Source: an uncultured virus (IMG/VR IMGVR_UViG_3300006735_000014)
Lineage: Duplodnaviria > Heunggongvirae > Uroviricota > Caudoviricetes
Virus record (IMG/VR): IMGVR_UViG_3300006735_000014
DNA: 20,000 bases
Direction: 5' to 3' (one strand)
Shown piece by piece: positions 17,990 to 20,000 of the stretch (positions within the stretch are counted from its first letter, which is position 1; each line of letters starts with the position of its first letter). Below the pieces are notes generated by a model. The model was not told where the DNA came from. It saw nothing but the letters and a program-made list of their open reading frames with translations, and did not search any database. A program made the position numbers and the translations under genes.

Positions 17990-18169
17990 TTAGTTTTGTA
18001 TATTATCTTGAGCGTATTTTATTTTGTCACGTATAACTTTAAATCTACGTTGTGCTTCAGATGGATCAATTTTCATTCCGCGTCTAATTACATCTTGTAA
18101 GATTTGTATCATATTATCAGCTTCATCCAATTGGATCTTCACTTGTGGTGCATTTTTTACTGTACTCAT
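17990..18169 (-). CDS. Small helical hypothetical protein (59 aa), not in the ORF track
   Basis: Manual translation: MSTVKNAPQVKIQLDEADNMIQILQDVIRRGMKIDPSEAQRRFKVIRDKIKYAQDNIQN*. Strong SD (AAGGAG) 7 nt upstream of ATG. TAA ends 1 nt before the next gene's ATG. Same strand as all neighbours. Confidence 0.85.
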   Translation of the reverse strand: MSTVKNAPQVKIQLDEADNMIQILQDVIRRGMKIDPSEAQRRFKVIRDKIKYAQDNIQN

Positions 18170-18237
18170 AACTTTTCTCCTTTTTTTAGGTGGTTTGACT
18201 ATGCTTATGCATAATTATTTTTAAATTATTATTTATT

Positions 18238-18245
18238 ATAAATAT
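18238..18245 (-). promoter_or_regulatory. Candidate phage late-promoter motif ATATTTAT (copy 3)
   Basis: Upstream of the 59-aa gene, but within a nearly pure A/T tract, so a chance match is more likely here. Confidence 0.3.
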
Positions 18246-18283
18246 ATATTATTAATATTATTAATAGATTAATATATTATATT

Positions 18284-19255
18284 TTAACTAACTCCGGCCA
18301 ATATTGGCCTATTTTTTTGTCTATATAAACTTCTATGTTCTAAAACTGCCAATTCTTTGGCTTTTGCTTCAACTACTATATCTAAATCTAATCCATATGT
18401 TCTAATCTCATCGCGGATATAATCTGAATGTGCTTGTTTTCTAATCTTATCATCTTGGTATTCACGAGCTCTACTTTCCGAATAATGACAACATTGTCTA
18501 ACATCTTCTGGCCATGTACTAGCTGCTAACCGTAAAGCTTCTTCTTCTGATAACTCATCTGGATGGAATGTATGATGATGATAATCAAATGTAATTGGAA
18601 TTCCAATTTCTTTATAGAAATAATCATATATCATTTTTGTTGACCACATACTAGCCTTATCATCATTTTCTAAAACTAATCTAGACTTAAGATTGTCTGA
18701 TAATCTATGCCACGTCTTAATCCATCGTTCGGCCGTTGATTTATGGTCACCATATGCACCTCCTACATGAATATTTATTTTATTTTCAAAAGAAGGTTTA
18801 TAACCCATTAGGTCAAACATTTCTGAATGACGTTCTAAACCTATAATAGATTTTTCTACAACATCTGGTCTTGGAGAACCTAATACATGGAATGGTCCTG
18901 GATGTGTAGTTAACCTCATATTATGTTTACGAGCATATTCGCCGGCTTCATATAATCTATCAGAGATTTCTTTGATTTGAGGTAATTGATTTAGTTCATA
19001 ATGATCATGCCATGGAAATAATTCAGAACCTATTATAAACAATGTTATATCATGTTCAATATTCCATTGTAAATAGTGTAATAAATCAGTTGCATTCTTT
19101 AAGGCACGTTCACCTATTAGTTCATAATTACGATCGGGATACCACGTTGCTTTTCGTGCCGTCCTAGAAGTAGTTACTCTACCTCCTGCTTTTTTAGGTC
19201 TATTCGTTAATGTCATATTAACGCAAGCATAACCTAGTCTTACCTTTTTATTCAT
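18284..19255 (-). CDS. uvsE: UV DNA damage endonuclease (UvsE/UVDE family, TIM barrel)
   Basis: RLGYACVN, RLTTHPGPF, INIHVGG, LVLENDDK, FDYHHH, HYSES, AHSDYI and VEAKAKELAV are the canonical UVDE motifs in order. Confidence 0.93.
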   Translation of the reverse strand: MNKKVRLGYACVNMTLTNRPKKAGGRVTTSRTARKATWYPDRNYELIGERALKNATDLLHYLQWNIEHDITLFIIGSELFPWHDHYELNQLPQIKEISDRLYEAGEYARKHNMRLTTHPGPFHVLGSPRPDVVEKSIIGLERHSEMFDLMGYKPSFENKINIHVGGAYGDHKSTAERWIKTWHRLSDNLKSRLVLENDDKASMWSTKMIYDYFYKEIGIPITFDYHHHTFHPDELSEEEALRLAASTWPEDVRQCCHYSESRAREYQDDKIRKQAHSDYIRDEIRTYGLDLDIVVEAKAKELAVLEHRSLYRQKNRPILAGVS

Positions 19256-19260
19256 ATTTA

Positions 19261-19289
19261 AATATAAGAAAAATTTTTCAATTATCCAA
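19261..19289 (-). promoter_or_regulatory. Putative host-sigma-type promoter upstream of uvsE
   Basis: Minus strand TTGGAT-N17-TATATT, with the same geometry and -10 box as the clpP site. It ends 5 nt before the ATG. Confidence 0.55.
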
Positions 19290-19491
19290 GTGATTCTTCA
19301 GAAATGATTTCTGCATCTTGGAGAGTTTCACAACAATATAACCAACCTTCTTTCTTTAATAAGATATCAGTCATGGTCCATTGTTTCATAATATTGGTAT
19401 CAAAATTTGGGTTTAAACGATCTAATCTAAAGGCTCGTTTTACCATAAGTTTCTTACCATTGAAATCTATATAATGTCCTACTTGTAGCAT
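19282..19491 (-). CDS. Small hypothetical protein (69 aa)
   Basis: ATG-initiated ORF filling the gap between hsp20 and uvsE on the coding strand. No family recognised. Confidence 0.7.
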   Translation of the reverse strand: MLQVGHYIDFNGKKLMVKRAFRLDRLNPNFDTNIMKQWTMTDILLKKEGWLYCCETLQDAEIISEESLG

Positions 19492-19549
19492 ATGTTATTA
19501 GTTCTTATAACCAGGTTTAAACCGGCCAATTGCGGGTTGGCATAATTAT

Positions 19550-19963
19550 TTACTTAATTGTAACTGATTTTGGTTTTTGATCTTCAGCAAGCGGTGCATA
19601 AAGATGTAGTAAACCGTTTTGTAATTTAGCTTCTAGGTTACCTAATTCGAACCTTCTACTAATTCTCCATCCAAAGTTAAATGATCGCTTTGCAATATTT
19701 CTTTGAATGTATTCTGCATCATTAGAGCCTTTATCTTTCTTATACTCTACTCGCAGGATATCTCCCTCTATAGTAAGATCAATATCTTTTTTTGTAAGTC
19801 CAACACATGCAATATCAATATTAAGACCATCTTTGGCCTCATATATATCTACTGGATGGTTAACTCTGATTTGGTTGAACGGAGCAAATTCTTCCTCCGA
19901 TTTGAAAAAATCCCTAAACAGGATGTCGAATGGCGATGTGCCAAAATGTGTTAATTGTGTCAT
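19550..19963 (-). CDS. Small heat-shock protein (Hsp20/alpha-crystallin family)
   Basis: PVDIYE...IDIACVGLTKKDIDLTIEGDILRV...YIQRNIAKRSFNF...AKLQNGLLHL is the IbpA/Hsp20 pattern. SD AAGGAG 7 nt upstream. Confidence 0.93.
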   Translation of the reverse strand: MTQLTHFGTSPFDILFRDFFKSEEEFAPFNQIRVNHPVDIYEAKDGLNIDIACVGLTKKDIDLTIEGDILRVEYKKDKGSNDAEYIQRNIAKRSFNFGWRISRRFELGNLEAKLQNGLLHLYAPLAEDQKPKSVTIK

Positions 19964-20000
19964 AATAAATCTCCTTAAATAATTTTATTTTTGTTAAACA

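Noticed and set aside
18024..18224. Plus-strand 66-aa ORF
   Set aside because: Overlaps the better-supported minus-strand 59-aa gene, which has an SD and operon-like spacing.
19703..19982. Two plus-strand ORFs
   Set aside because: Antisense to hsp20.
1..20000. tRNA, rRNA, CRISPR array, integrase/transposase or DGR
   Set aside because: Intergenic gaps are short (the longest is about 115 nt and nearly all A/T). No cloverleaf, spaced repeats, recombinase or reverse-transcriptase motifs were seen.

Overview
AT-rich window from a large tailed phage genome, most likely a jumbo or T4-like contractile-tailed phage. All credible genes are on the minus strand and tightly packed, several with overlapping stop/start codons; the standard genetic code is used. 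In transcription order (right to left): Hsp20, a small hypothetical, UV-damage endonuclease (UvsE), a very AT-rich gap, a 59-aa gene missing from the ORF track, a multi-TM coiled-coil protein, a basic Cys-containing protein, a ClpP-family protease, an HD-domain hydrolase, a small membrane-anchored protein, a sigma-factor-like protein (T4 gp55-like), and a small helical protein. A baseplate module follows: a gp5-like spike apparently split into two genes (N-half plus an M15 Zn-peptidase; a degenerate alpha/beta-hydrolase-like domain plus the spike C-half), gp25-like and gp6-like wedge proteins, a DNRLRE/CBM-like protein, a protein with a betagamma-crystallin-like domain, and a protein of at least 1284 aa with LamG domains. 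That last ORF runs off the left edge and is absent from the ORF track. Most notable: the split, cargo-bearing spike; a LamG module inserted into the gp7/gpI-like region; strong [S/T]-G-S tripeptide enrichment in virion proteins; and two promoter-like motif classes. All family calls come from manual motif recognition, not database searches.
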